Source of the DNA: Camelus dromedarius
Taxonomy: Eukaryota
NCBI RefSeq assembly: GCF_036321535.1
Contig: NC_087437.1
Coordinates: forward strand, 25,484,001-25,548,000
Direction: 5' to 3'
Length of the DNA stretch: 64,000 nt
Positions 1-13,437 of the stretch are shown in pieces. The stretch's first letter is position 1. Each line of letters begins with the position of its first letter. Position numbers and translations under genes: made by a program. The notes under the pieces were generated by a model. It made no database searches. It was given only the letters and a program-made list of their open reading frames with translations, and was not told the origin of the DNA.

Positions 1-3000
1 GTTTATCAATCAAATACTTTCCCATGCAGGCCTTCTTTCCTTCCAGAATAGATGTTCAACCACATGGACAACCTGAAGTCCTGCCTTTTCTGGGGATTCA
101 CCTTCACCATTGTTTTTCAAGACCAACTCTGAGAGGATCTGTAGTTCAGTAGTTGCCCGTTCCTGGCTCATACTAATTCTAACAGTAGGAAACAGAAGAT
201 GCCAGAATCCTGTTCTGATATCTATGCCCCATACTGATCCAGATAACTTCTAAAATTTCTCTCAGATGTATAAAAAGTAAAGAACACACAAAGCCCCACC
301 CTCAAACATGAGCCCACACCAACTTTGTCCCTGAACAAGAACCTCTTGCTTCAGAAACGTTTCCTATCAGGCATCAAAGCTTATAAGCATTAGGAGTCAA
401 CTAGAAATTAACCTTTCTCAGCACTAGAAAAGAGGCAGCAATAACAGTCTTTTAGAAGTACAGATTTTTTTAAAAAAAATTAAACATTGTTTTAGAGCTA
501 TGTTAGTTTCCCTCCCCCACTTTCATCACAAGTGTACTTACTCTTACTGGAAAAGATAAAATTGATGACAGGAAAAGCAAACAGTGCTCACCCATGTAAA
601 CAACCTCATCTGTAATTCATTAACCCTGCTACTCTCGGCCTCTTAGAAAAAGTGTCCCATTTATTAGCTTCCAATCCCAAGTTCACGTTTGTCTTCCAGT
701 CCTGGGGCATTATTGGGCAGTAAAGAAAAGAGATGCTCCATTACTGGTGGAGTTGCCAATCTTATACCAATGATGCAGGCTGTTTAATAAGCTCTTTTCA
801 TCTCTGCTGGATTAGCTAGCCCACTCTTCCCATTATTTATATGTCCTGCCCACCGAAGAAAATAGAAAAACACATTTACTGAGCCACCTCACTTCTTCTC
901 ATTCTCCTATCTAAAACAGGAGAAAAAGAGACTGAAGAACAGCAATGCCTCCCACAGGGTGGGATGCTACTGGCACTTGAGATGACTCTGTTAAGCGAGA
1001 CTGTTGATGTCAGGTGGTACTCTAACTAGGAAAATGACGATTATTAAAAAATCATAATAAGAAAGTTATTTCCTTTCATATTTTCCTTCAATCTTTTAAT
1101 CCCATCAGGAAAAAAAGTCTCAGTTTGGAGCTAGCCTTTAACACCTAACGTTTTAACTCAGAGAAAGCAGGCCTTGTGCTCAGAACATTTGGTGGGCAAC
1201 AACATCTAGCTAGAACTTATTATTATTATTTTGTTTTTGTTGCCTATGTACTGCAAATGATGCTGACTGTATAGTAGGGACAGTGAGATTTCTCTTTTGA
1301 TAAACTTACATTTTAAAATTAAGTTGTTTTCAGCAAATAATAATACAGGTGATACGCGAAATACGATGGAAATCTCAAAATGGGAATATAAAAGAAAAAA
1401 TACTGAAAACATTGAAAGAGAAAATACATATCATAACTTTTGATGATAGTACATCATCTTGAAGGTAGGATTCACCCAATATGGTGGGTGTGTCTGGGCT
1501 GTGTGTGTGTGTGCGTAGGAGGTGAACTGAGTTTCTAAACTGTCTTCCACTTCCCATTTCCACATGATGAAAAGATTATATTACCGTCATTTTCCATTGT
1601 GCTAAATATATGTGTATATTATGTCAAGTAGAAATATATATATGGTAGCATTGGCTCTCATATTACTATAACAGTATTTTTCAAAACTTGATACGGGTGC
1701 ATACATATACATCATATTTTTACTTTTTTTATAACTGTCTTTAATCCTGAAATCTCCTGAAATATCAATTATTTCCTTGAATTAAATACATGATACACTG
1801 TTTCATAAACATTATGCCCTTGAATATTTCTGTTTATTCACTCTCTGGATTGTCTTCTATTTAGACTAGGCTTAATAAACTCATTTTATTGAAGTAAATG
1901 TGTCTGGAGATCCTGTTCTTCAGAAAGAATAGATGTAATTGGCATTTTGTGTACAGGAATAGAAGAGTCTTCATTAAACTTCATTAGTCTTATTCAGCTG
2001 AGATTAATGGTTAAAATTATATTTTGCTGCAATTATTTACATTTCTCTCTGATGTAGTCATATGTAAATTATATTATTTTTTAATTTCCGATAAAACAAC
2101 TGACCATGTAGACAGATCAAGAAGAAGGGCTTGTACCTATTTAGAATAATTTATTCTTCATTTCACTATTGTCAAACATTTGTTTTACAAAATTGACAAC
2201 TGTAATAGGAGGATATGGTTGTTTAAGGATCATCACTTTGCCAACTTTTTAGTTTCTGACATTCCACTGTGTCTCCCAGCAATTACTAGGACCTACTTCA
2301 CTGGAAATATTCCCCATAGGTCACTAAACTTCTGAAGTATCCCAGATACTTCCTAAGGCACAGTGTGTTCTTTTCCTTCCTTGGATTCTTGAATTGGAAC
2401 TAAAATTGCTGAGGCTTTTGAACACAAATAAATAGACAACGTTTAGAGTTGTTTTTGGATTATTGAGATTAAGTTTTCACTCATTCTCATGAAAAAAGAG
2501 TTTGCCACATGTGCATAAACCCAAAGGGATACTGAAAACTCCAAGAAACAGATTATTAACCACAGTAGAACAAACAGATGTACATTTTGGCAAGTACTGA
2601 CTTTTTCAAAGAACAACAACAATGAAAAATTTGGTCAAGTTTATCCCCATGCTCAAATCTTTCACTATTTAGTACAAAGTGCATTTTGTAAAGTATTTTT
2701 TAAGGCATAATAAATGTGTTTTGATAGGTTTAGAGTCTTACAGCTGTAATACCATGGGACCTGTAATCACTTATTCCTCATCATATAGATATTTTTAAAC
2801 AAACGCTCAGCAACAAAAACAACCAGAAAAGCAAAAAGGCACAAAGTTCATGCAGATTTTTTTCCATGTTGTCTTCAGATATACACTTTTTTCATATACT
2901 TTTTTCAGTTAAAGGAGAATTGACATATGGCATAAGCATATCATTTTGAGAATGCTTCATGTATAAAATACAACTTTAAAAAATTATATTAAAATCAAAC

Positions 3001-3553
3001 TTTTTAAAATAGTCGATATTAAAGAAAATAATTCTTTAAGTCCTTTTTTTCTTTTACAACTTCCAGTGTGAATTTTGCATTTATTCCAAAATATAGTATT
3101 TCCTTATACATCTATCATAACTTACTTTTGGTTTTCAAATAATTTTGCAACTTAAGATTCACAAGAATTATAAGGAACAAAGAAAAATAGCTTTTATAGT
3201 AGCTGATGAACTGCTGAGCAAGAAAGTACTTTTTACATAAAAGAGAAATTTCATAATAAAGTCAGAATCATACAGACATTAAGCATATCTCTATGCTCTC
3301 AAAGTCTGTCACTTTCTCCCCAAGAAGATTCTTGCCATCAAGATATGAATTAAACAAAAACTTGAGACTGTATCAGCCAGGAGTTTAGGGCCTTTATATA
3401 TGGAAAAACAAATTTTCTACAAAAAATGTAACATAATCAACCTGGCATCCAGATAGCTTCCAAGAAACTTTTGCTCTTAAATCTTGCAATTAAATTAAAA
3501 CCAAACTGCAAGTTGAATTATTGATAAAAATGAAAGAAAAATCCCAAAGAATC

Positions 3554-3609
3554 AGAATTGGCTCAACCTACGTTATTGTCAAGAACTGGCTCAACCTATG
3601 TTATTGTTG
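3554..3609. repeat. 28-bp tandem duplication (2 copies)
   Basis: agaattggctcaacctacgttattgtca (3554-3581) followed by agaactggctcaacctatgttattgttg (3582-3609); 24/28 identical. Confidence 0.9.
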
Positions 3610-4169
3610 AGTTTTACATGCCATTTTGTACAAATATGAGAAAAAAATTTCTCAGGGCTTATAGAAAACAGAACATTTTGTTGCATGTTATTTACCTCCT
3701 GTTGAAGACTTATTTCAGCAGATTACAAAAACAATTATAGAGAAGGGATAGTGCCAATATGAATTATTATTGCAGACGTTTAAAACTGCATCTGGGAAAG
3801 AAAACCCTTACTTCATCCTAGAAAAGAAAGCTTCGATACAGAAATAGAGCTAGAAAAGAAGCAGGGATGGAGGAAAAGCAAGTCTTAGAGACCAGGCTAC
3901 TTACTTTGAAAAAATATTTGATGCCGCGTCCACATGCAAATGTTAACTGTTAGGCTGCTCTCTGTAATCACCGCCTATCTTCTTGACCTTATCAAGAGCA
4001 AGTTTATCCATTTTCCTTTGCACTTTTCCCTCTGTATGTGCTGTTTCAACACATGCTAATTAACATTCTAACAGTTTGAAATCAGGCTGCATGCTTCCAG
4101 TTCAAATTGTGGACTGAACTCAGGCATTTATCAACCTTCCTTCCCAAAATCTGATTAAAATGTTAAAAA

Positions 4170-4375
4170 CAGTAATAACAGCAGCTAAAATAATACTAGC
4201 TAGTTTCTACTGAGCAACTATCATGTTTCAGGCACTCTTCTGAACGTACATCATTTAATCTTCAGCAACACGCATTTTATGGGTGAACATACGGAGGCAC
4301 AAAAAAGCTAAGGAACTTGTGTTAAGTCACAAAACCATATTTAGTGGAGTCAGGGTTTTAATCCAGAGCCCACGA
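4170..4375 (-). mobile_element. MIR SINE, degenerate
   Basis: actgagcaactatcatgtttcaggcact...catttaatcttcagcaac...gaggcacaaaaaagctaaggaacttg...gtcaca resembles antisense MIR core and tail. Confidence 0.7.
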
Positions 4376-4401
4376 AGGGAGCCCCTATGCTCACTGCCAG
4401 T

Positions 4402-4470
4402 GAAGAAAAGGAAACGAAGAAGAGACAGGAGAAGGAGGAGAGGAAGCGGGAGAGGGAGAAGGAGGAAGAA
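4402..4470. repeat. GA-rich low-complexity tract
   Basis: gaagaaaaggaaacgaagaagagacaggagaaggaggagaggaagcgggagagggagaaggaggaagaa. Confidence 0.8.
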
Positions 4471-4711
4471 ATCAATAAAAGTGATGAAGATAAGAAATGG
4501 TTCTTTCAGTAGACTAAAAATTTTAAAGAAATTCTACAAGAAAACAGATTCATGGAGGGAGGACATTCATGAGTAGTGGCAGGCTATCAGACAATCATCA
4601 ACAAGACATTAAATTTTAAAAATGTCTACAATGCATCTAGACTAATCAGCCATTCTCCCCTCCCCCAAAACAGTGCAGCGGCAGAATTTGTCCTCACCCT
4701 AGAGCCGGCTA

Positions 4712-5165
4712 CTGTATCAGTCAGGGTCCAACCAGGGAAGCAGAAAAAAATATATTTACACTAGAAGGAATTTAATGCAGGTAACCAAGTACACAGAGGA
4801 TAGTGTTGCTGAGAGGCACACAGGGATAAAGGGCAAAAGTAGGAAGCGGGGTGGATGTGACGTTCCTGATGGCAAAGGGTAAGGTCGCTCAGTAGAAGCT
4901 TGGAGGAAGCACGTCGGGGAAAGCTGAAGCTACTTCTGGAGACACTGCTTGAGACAGACAGGAAGAAGGAGGGTGAGAAGGGTCTTTTTCATTGTCCTCC
5001 TCCACATCCCAATCTGCCACCTCTGTGTCCCCCACTGGCCAAACTCAGCCAGAACCACTTTAGATGAGACCCAGGAAACACAGCCTGCAAGCCAGTTTTC
5101 CTGTGATAAGGAGCAGAGCAAAGGCAAGGAATGAATCCGAGGCACAGGCTCCAGACCAGCACAGA
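4712..5165 (-). mobile_element. Ancient ERVL-class solo LTR (LTR33/LTR41-like)
   Basis: Begins tgtatcagtcagggtccaaccagg; later cccaatctgccacctctgtgtcccccactggccaaactcagccagaa...gagcagagcaaagg...ccagcaca, the recalled pattern of antisense LTR33/41-type LTRs. Confidence 0.55.
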
Positions 5166-5439
5166 TATTTCCAAATAAAGTGAAAGACCATCCTGGCAAG
5201 CCATCCCAGTATGGGTGTTAGCGCCAAAGATAAACAAAACAGAGCCTGACATAACAAACTCCTAACTTCATCAGTCCTGGGGGCCTCATTTATCCCACAG
5301 TCTCTAAAGGGAAGCCCTAATTTAGCCTCCGCCAGTCCAGGGAGAGACCATCTGTGTAAATTGGACTACCCAACTGCAGAAGAAGCACAATATGAGTTGC
5401 CCAGAATTATCAAACTAGTTCTTCCTTCATAAATTTGAA

Positions 5440-6130
5440 AGGACAACCCAGAGTCAGTAAGCATCTGAGGAAAATGAACAGTATGAGAGAAAAGGACCAT
5501 GATAAATATACAGAGCCCCTAACTCTAGAGGAAACAGTGATACTGAAGAAGAGAAATTTGAAATGATTCTAAATTAATGTCAGAGAAACGTGACAACACT
5601 TGACATCCATAAAACTAAAACATACTGCTATAAAAAGGGAGCAAAGAAAGAGAAAATGTTCTTGGAAAAGTAGGTCATAAAGTTATTAACAAAAATTTCA
5701 AAAATGCTGAATCACAGAATAAACACTTCTGAAGACCAAATCTGTGACACAGAAGATTGAATAAATCTTCTAAGACAAAAACAAAGATAGAAATTAACAA
5801 TATAAAAGGTAACTACAGGTAGACAAAATAGGACTCAAGGAGGTAATAAAATAATCAAGATAATAGTTGCAGAAGAAAACTTTCCAAACTCGAAGATAGG
5901 CGTTTTAGATTAAATGGGCCCATTCACATCTAAGCAGGAAAAAAAAAAAAAACAGAAAAAGGTACACATTTAGAGAAATAATTAAGTGGATAGAGAAAGA
6001 ATTCTGAAGGGTTCCAAAATGTTAAAATTTGATATCAACCAAGAAATGAGAACCAGCCTGGCATCAGACTTCTAATCAGCTGTGCCAAGTACCCAGCCTA
6101 AATGGAACCACAGCTTCCGTGTTTGAGGGG
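5440..6130 (+). mobile_element. Ancient L1 ORF1-like / HAL1 remnant
   Basis: A-rich; decayed ORF1 motifs gaagaaaactttccaaac (EENFP), agagaaagaattctgaag (KEKILK-like), ctggcatcagacttct (LASDF). Confidence 0.55.
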
Positions 6131-6829
6131 AACTGACAGATGTAGATATGGGTACAGAAGTAGATATAACTAGAGATACAGTTAAACACCATAAGACATA
6201 AACACACTATAATCCTAAAAGCAACTTTTCTAAGTAAAGACAGCTAACCTGTGTGTTTGCCCTACACTGCCTTTAGCACAGTCCCTGGCACAAACAAGCG
6301 ACTCAAAGTTCTTGGCTCTTTGAATCAAGTACTGTTGGATGAAATACAGGAGCTGGATAAGGCCACAAAGAAGATATATACCTAGTGACTACCTCACCGG
6401 AATGAACCGTCAAATCTCAGTCAGCATCATCCTCCTAAGGAGCTGTTGCTTTCCAAGAATCATTTGTTTTACCCTCACATTTGATTAACAACTTGATTAA
6501 GCAGTTAGACGCATTAGCTGAGAGCTGCACAGAGCTGGCTTGTGCCTCCAAGGACATCTGGCCCGAGCACTGCCAAACAGCACTCCGCAACACATCACAG
6601 CATGGCAAGCCTCACCGGTTATAACCTCTCCTTGGTAATATAAATGTCAAGGGAACAGGGAAGACTGATACTTCAGGCTCAGGCTGACTGACCTTTGGAA
6701 GCCTACTTTACACTTTGGTTGTGGAGGATCTGGGCCCTTACATATAACTGCAGTTAGTTTCTATCAAATCAAGTAACTCCTCTCTTACCTCAAGAATCTG
6801 AAGAGTACATATAGGAAAGAATTTTGTTA

Positions 6830-7490
6830 TATATGAAATTCATATTCATAAAAAATATAGAAAGTAGAAAGCAGAAATCAAAACTGCCCATAATTCAATT
6901 ACCTAGGAAAAAATCACTACTACCATTTTAATGTCTCCTCATCATGTTTTATTCTAAAAACTAAAATTATACTTCCTTTCACTGAGTGAAAAATCACTAA
7001 CACCCTTCCATGTCAACAGACATGCTTTTATGTCATCAGTTTTTAGTATTACATAGTTCTCTATGATAAGGACATATAAAAATTAACATATAAATAAGAC
7101 CCTATGGTTGGATATTTTGAATAATTCCAATAGAAGTAGGCATTTTGTGAAAGTAATAGCTTAGTAATTGACTGCTAAGACTCTAAATGTATTTCTGATT
7201 GCATCATCAAGACTTTTCCAAATAAAAACTTTTTGTCTTCATTATAAAGCAATAGTTATATATCTTTAAATTGTATGATTTTTTATCTTAGTATTCAAAA
7301 TAATGCCTGTTTATAGTAGAAAATTCAGAAAATGTAGAAGAACATCTTGGAAGAATATTAAAAATCCTAATCTCACCACAAAAAACATGACCACTGTTAA
7401 TATATTACTAAGTATTCAATTCTATCTGAATTAAACTTCACTCTACTCAGATTAAGGGAAGTTATTAACATACACTATGTTGTTTTTCAT
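6830..7490 (-). mobile_element. Highly decayed L1M(E)-type 3' fragments
   Basis: ccttccatgtcaacagacat, cctatggttggatattt, aaaattcagaaaatgtagaa...accactgttaatat resemble antisense old L1 3' ends. Confidence 0.35.
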
Positions 7491-7503
7491 GTTGTCCTAC
7501 TTC

Positions 7504-9633
7504 TTTTTTTTTAACATTTTTTTAATTGAGTTATAGTCATTTTACAATGTTGTGTCAGATTCCAGTGTAGAGCACAATTTTTCAGTTATACATGAGCATA
7601 CATGCATTCATTGTCACATTGTCTTTTGCTGTGAGCCACCACAAGATCCTATATATATTTCCCTGTGCTACACAGTACAATCTTGTTTATCTATTCTATA
7701 TTTTGAAATCCCAGTCTGTCCCTTCCCACCCCTCTGTCCCCCCTGGCAACCACAAGTTTGTATTCTATGTCTATGAGTCTGTTTCTGTTTTGTATTTATG
7801 TTTTTTTTTAGATTCCGCATATGAGCGATCTCATATGATATTTTTCTTTCTCTTTCTGACTTACTTCACTTAGAATGACATTCTCCAGGAGCATCCATGT
7901 TGCTGCAAATGGCGTTGTCTGTTTTTATGGCTGAATAGTATTCCACTGTATTAATATACCACTTCTTCTTCATCCAGTCATCTGTTGATGGACATTTAGG
8001 CTGTTTCCATGTCTTGGCTATTGTAAATAGTGCTGCTTGAACGTTGGGGTTCAGGTGTCATTTTGAAGTAGGGTTCCTTCTGGATATATGCCCAGGAGCG
8101 GGATTCCTGGGTCATATGGTAAGTCTATTCCTAGTCTTTTGAGGAATCTCCATTCTGTTTTCCACAGTGGCTGCACTAAACTGCATTCCCACCAGAAGTG
8201 TAAGAGGGTTCCCTTTTCTCCATAGCCTCTCCAGCATTTGTCATTTGTGGACTTTTGAATGATGGCCACTCTGACTGGTGTGAGATGATACCTCATTGTA
8301 GTTTTGATTTGCATTTCTCTGATAATTAGTTATACTGAGCATTTTTTCATGTGCCTATTGATCATTTGTATTTCGTCCTTGGAGAATTGCTTGTTTAGGT
8401 TTTCTGCCCATTTTTGGATTGGGTTGTTTGTTTGTTTCTTATTAAGTCGTATGATCTGCTTATATATTCTGGAGATCAAGCCTTTGTCGGTTTCATTTGC
8501 AAAAATTTTCTCCCATTCTGTAGGTTGTCATTTTGTTTTATTTATGGTTTCCTTTGCTGTGCAGAAGCTTGTAAGTTTAATTAGGTCCCATTTGTTTATT
8601 CTTGCTTTTATTTCTATTGCTTGGGTAGACTGCCCTAGGAGAGTATTTTTGAGATGTATGTGAGATAATGTTTTGCCTATATTTTCTTCTAGGAAGTTTA
8701 TTGTATCTTTTCTTATGTTTAAGTGTTTGATCCATTTTGAGTTGATTTTTGTGTATGGTGTAAGGGAGTGTTCTAGCTTCATTGCTTTACATGCTGCTGT
8801 CCAGTTTTCCCAACACCATTTGCTGAAGAGACTGTCTTTATTCCATTGTATATTCTTGCCTCCTTTGTCGAAGATGAGTTGACCAAAAGTTTGTGGGTTC
8901 ATTTCTGGGCTATTCTGTTCCATTGGTCTATATGTCTGTTTTTGTACCAATACCATGCTGTCTTGATGACTGTAGCTCTATAGTATTGTCTGAAGTCTGG
9001 GAGAGTTATTCCTCCAGCCTCTTTCTTTTTCTTCAGTAATGCTTTGGCAATTCTAGGTCTTCTGTGGTTCTGTATACATTTTATTATGATTTGTTCTAGT
9101 TCTGTGAAATATGTCCTGAGTAATTTGATAGGGATTGCATTAAATCTGTAGATTGCCTTGGGCAGTGTGACCATTTTAACAATATTGATTCTTCCAACCC
9201 AGGAGCATGGGATATCTTTCCATTTTTTTAAGTCTTCTTTAATTTCCTTCATCACTGCTTTATAGTTTTCCATGTATGTCTTTCACTTCCTTGGTTAGAT
9301 TTACTCCTAGGTATTTTATTACTTTGGGTGCTATTTTAAAGGGGATTGTTTCTTTACTTTCTTTTTCTGTTGATTCATCATTAGTGTAAAGAAATGCAAC
9401 TGATTTTTGAACGTTAATCTTGTAACCTGCTACCTTGCTGAATTCTTTGATCAGCTCTAGTAGTTTTTGTGTGGACCTGTTAGGGTTTTCTATATTTAGT
9501 ATCATGTCATCTGCATATAGTGACACTTTTACCTCTTCTTTTCCAGTTTGGATCCCTTTTATTTCTCTCTCTTGCCTGACTGCTGTGGCTAGGACTTCCA
9601 AGACTATGTTGAACAGGAGTGATGATAGTGGGC
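7504..9633 (-). mobile_element. Young 5'-truncated LINE-1 (RT C-half, C-terminal domain, 3'UTR, poly-A); ORF2 frameshifted
   Basis: ORF track 9260-9601, 8899-9273, 8528-8956 and 8051-8314 (-) give [55 protein letters not shown]2 stop near 7808-7810; poly-T at the left end; similarity ends abruptly at ~9633. Confidence 0.97.
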
Positions 9634-9699
9634 CTTTTTTGTTTTACTAAATTATACTTTCAAGCAATAATTTTATGAATGGAGTGTGTAGACAATTTT

Positions 9700-9815
9700 T
9701 CTTTTTTGTTGCTTTTTCTTCTAGTTTTATTGAGATATAATTGACATATAGCACTACATAATTTTAAGGTATACAGCACAATGATTTGACTTACATACGT
9801 CATGAAATGACTATG
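9700..9815 (-). mobile_element. Short L1MA-type 3' end
   Basis: T-rich tail then ttttattgagatataattgacatatagcact...tttaaggtatacagcacaatgatttgacttacata. Confidence 0.7.
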
Positions 9816-10219
9816 TACTTTGTACAACAAGAGTCCTTGTTTTCCAAAACTGTTTTTATTTTACCCTTACACCTAATACTTTGGGTGCAAAAGCCTAGGT
9901 TTAAAATAATTTTCATCAGAACAAATTAGACTTTAAGCTATATTTGGGACAATTAAAAGAAGTTAACCAAGAAAAGCAAGAATAAAAGTGTTCTAAAAGT
10001 AAAAGTAGTGTAAATTGGCCAGCAAAAATAAATTGCAAAGAACATTTGGGGACCAAGAAGGATCTACTTACAGCAGAAGAAAAATCCTGAAATTGAGTGG
10101 CAGGTGATGAGTTCAAAGGTAGGTTGAATGTGAAGATCTTGAAAGACAGGTAAAGACTGTTGCCAACTTATTAGAAATCCTTAGGTGGCATGTAGGGTAT
10201 GAAGCAAGAAGGACTTCCA

Positions 10220-10280
10220 GATTCTAGCAGCATAATGCCTGGCATACAGTAGGAACTTAATATTTGTTGAGTGAATGGAG
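10220..10280 (+). mobile_element. L2 3' terminus
   Basis: gcataatgcctggcatacagtaggaacttaatatttgttgagtgaatg. Confidence 0.7.
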
Positions 10281-10924
10281 AAAGTATGACATTACACAAA
10301 TCATGAAGTTAAAAGGTTCCCCACCAGAGAAACTGGCAATGAAAATAAGGAGATATTCAACAATCATGTCTGGATTTCAGACATGATGTACTAAAAGGCA
10401 ACAGAAATATTTGCTCAAATATCTGAATTTCCCCATAGTAATAATGGATTTGGAATAGTTTGCTCATTCCATCACCTAGTTTCCCTTCTAGAACAGCATC
10501 ATAGAAGTAAAATAATTTGTTTTTAGCTAGGAATGTCCTAAGTCATTTGTCTTATGAGTAACATATCCAACTTTTAAATATCTCTTTATCAGAAGTGAAA
10601 AGTTTTTATCAGGGTACTAAAAGGCCTAAAATAAAGTCCTTTAGTTGTATTAAAAATCAAGATTCCCGGTCTTTCATCTTTCTCTGCTTCATCCCTTGTG
10701 TGGCCTTGAGGAAGCCAGTTAATTGGAATGTGTCCTAAAGCTAACCTCCTAATAAGGTGCCTAGCACATCTCAAGCTCTCAATAAATATTTGTAGGAAAA
10801 AATACTTTTATATATCACTTTAATTGCAGAGAAGTAGTTCCATCAAACAATTCAATCCTTGAATTTTTATAACACTTTTTACTTCCTAGGGGCACTTCCA
10901 CATATGTTTTCTGGTGAGATACAA

Positions 10925-11480
10925 TGTGTTGTATACGGATGTTTCAACTGCCATTAACAGAAAACAACTCAATCTGGAAACAATAATAAAACACACAGTT
11001 TCTAAAAATATTAAGATTCTCCAGTGTTGACTAATCTTGGCACCTTAATGATGTTATCAAGGATCCTAATTATTTGCTCTGCTTTTCACAGCATCAACCT
11101 CATCGTAGCTGCCTTCCTCAAAGGCCAGCTGCCAAAAATAGAACCAAAGCTACACCCTTTTCTTACACATACAGTTGAAGACTCTGCCCCTTAAAAGTTC
11201 CTTCAGATGATGAATGAAAAATTTTCCCAGAAATCCCTCACCGAGGTAACTCATTGCCCCAAATCGCATTGCTTGTCTATTCCTGAGCCAATCACTGGCT
11301 AAGGAATGTGACCGCTCTGATTTGCATGAACTAATCAGAGTTCACTCCTGGACCTGTTGGGGCGGGGGGTGTGCGTGCGTGCATGTGTGTGTGTGGTGTG
11401 AGAAGGAGGATGAGAGGATACCAGAAAAAAATCACAATAATTTAGGCTAAAGGAAGGGAGGTATGGATGCCAGGAGGACA
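10925..11480 (-). mobile_element. Old MaLR LTR (MLT1J/K/L-like)
   Basis: taacagaaaacaactcaa...aatgatgttatcaaggatcc...ttttcccagaaatccc...cctgagccaatcactggctaagg. Confidence 0.65.
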
Positions 11481-11559
11481 TTAAAAAACATCCATTCCAG
11501 TCATCTTCTTGCCAGCCAACAAGAGGACTCTGAGGTTGGGCTGCCATACTAGAAATATT

Positions 11560-11760
11560 GGATCATGGACTCACAGAACTTTGGAAGCAGCAGGACCAGA
11601 GATACGTTTAGTTTAATCTTCTTTTTTAAAAGTGACAGAACTAAGGTCTTGAGGTCTCAAACAGTTAAATGCCTTACCCTAGGTCACACAGGCAGTTAAA
11701 ATAGAACTGGTAGTAAGACTCAAATCATTTAATGGTCAATTATATGTCCTTTCTGTGACA
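11560..11760 (-). mobile_element. MIR SINE
   Basis: cagaactttggaag...aactaaggtcttgag...ttaaatgccttaccctaggtcacacaggcagttaa. Confidence 0.6.
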
Positions 11761-11857
11761 ATATTCTTCAAAATAAGAATGATGACACTCTAGATAAGAT
11801 AGGAGCATTCAGTTGCTGATATCACGTCAGTAGATTAATGATAAAAATACATATAGT

Positions 11858-12013
11858 GAGGTGGGGAGCATACAGCACAGTGGTAGAGTGTGAGCTTGAC
11901 ATGCACAAATGCCTGGTTTCAATTCCTAGTACCTCAATTTTAAAAATAATAATAATAATTTAAAATAAATAAATAAATAAACCTAGTTATCACCCCGCCA
12001 AAAAAATAAATAA
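11858..12013 (+). mobile_element. tRNA-derived SINE, camelid vic-1-like
   Basis: ggggagcatacagcacagtggtagag (A box) ... ggtttcaattcc (B box) ... A-rich linker, aaataaacctagttatcacccc and A tail; TSD ataaaaatacatatagt (11841-11857) vs ataaaaatgcctatagt (12014-12030), 15/17. Confidence 0.85.
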
Positions 12014-12494
12014 ATAAAAATGCCTATAGTCACTAATGGGTGAAATTATAAATAAGATAAATGATTGGAATAATAAACATTTTTTAAATTAAGTAATTAT
12101 AACAGGACAAATTCTGTTGTCATTTGATTATTATAGTCTACAATAAACTTAATTTTTAGAAAAAATTCCTAGGACTCCCTCTTTACTGCAAAGAACTAGC
12201 CATATTTTCTAAGAAATGTTGTATCATTGGATCCCATTCAAATCAAGAAGAAGAAAAATGGGCAGAATTCATGACAACCAGAACTTGAATATGTATAAAA
12301 AGGGAAAAGTACTAAGCATTTTTAATTTATAATGGCCTCAAATATTCTGTTTTGGATTATTTATACTGTTTTCCTATTTTCAAGGCCATTGTAAAATTTT
12401 TTGTATTGTAAGAGCCATTAAAACTAATACTGACTAAATATGAGTCATGAAATTATGTCAAAGAGGCTTTGACTTTTTAAAAGTAGATTAGTAG

Positions 12495-12790
12495 TTATAC
12501 ATCTGTGGTTAGGTTTATTTCTGGGTATTTTGTTGTTTTTGATGAAATGGAAATGTTTATGCTGGTTATAAAATTCTGGTTTTTGAAGTGAAAAAAAAAA
12601 GTGAATGAAGGGCCACAAATGGCAAAATATCCTTCTTTCTTATGGGTGAGTTGTATTCCATTACATATATATATGCTGCATCTTCATTATCTATTCAACT
12701 AGTGATGTGCACTTAGGATGCTTCCGTATCTTGGCAATTATAAATAATATTGCTGTTAATAGCAGGGTGTATGTATCTTTTTGAATTAAT
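12495..12790 (-). mobile_element. L1 ORF2 fragments (two pieces)
   Basis: ggttaggtttatttctgggtatttt, and cacaaatggcaaaatatccttctttcttatgg...cacttaggatgcttccgtatcttggcaattataaataat. Confidence 0.7.
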
Positions 12791-12907
12791 TCTTATTTTG
12801 TGGTTGGCTTTATTCCTTTGATAACTATGTAAGTTTAAAAAGCTAAAGCTCTAAACGTTCTTAGAAATAATTAACAGTATATATATGTAAATTAAAAATA
12901 CATATGC

Positions 12908-13437
12908 AGTAAAAAAAAATGAGCTATCAAGCCATGAAAGACATGGAAGAAACTTAAAAGACATTACTAAATGACAGAGGCCAGTCTGAAAAGGCGACAA
13001 ACTGTACGATTCCAACCAAGTGACATTCTGGAAAAGGCACAACTACAGAAACAATAAAAAGATAGTGTTTTCCAGGGGTTTGGGGAGAGGGAGGGAGGGA
13101 GGAATGAATAGATGGAGCACAAGGAATTTTTAGGGCAATGAAATTATTCTGTATGATACTATAGTGGTGGCTACATGTCATTATGCATTTGTCAAAGCCC
13201 ATAGAATGTACAACATCAAGAGGAACCATAATGTAAACTAAGAACTTTGGCTGATAATAATGTGTCCATGTTGGTTCATCAATTGTACCAAATATGCCAC
13301 TCTGATGAGGGATGTTGAGGGTAGGGGAGGATATATGTGTGGGTGGGGAGGGCTGTATGCAAACTCTCTGTATTTCTACTCAATTCTGCTGTGAACCTGA
13401 AACTGCTCTAAAAAAATTAAGTCTATTTTTTTTAAAA
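12908..13437 (+). mobile_element. L1MC1-like 3' end
   Basis: gagctatcaagccatgaaagacatggaagaaactt...gacattctggaaaaggc...cccatagaatgtacaaca...ctgtgaacctgaaactgctctaaaaaaattaagtctatt. Confidence 0.9.

Noticed and set aside
1..930. Minus-strand acceptors at 178 and 910 and a donor at 592
   Set aside because: The 592-910 segment has many stops; the 178-1 frame gives no recognisable protein; sites of this quality are expected by chance
1320..1760. KEKILKTLKEK-like stretch suggesting L1 ORF1/HAL1
   Set aside because: Too short and A-rich to assign by eye
4283..4576. 97-aa ORF with an Arg/Lys run resembling a protamine or NLS
   Set aside because: Starts at a GTG inside a MIR; the basic run is just the translated GA-rich tract
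8304..8882. Hydrophobic + strand ORFs that look like membrane proteins (also 14959-15258 on -)
   Set aside because: Antisense translations of L1 ORF2
11861..11935. tRNA-like sequence with A/B boxes (also 38975-39047)
   Set aside because: SINE heads with tails and TSDs; no intact cloverleaf
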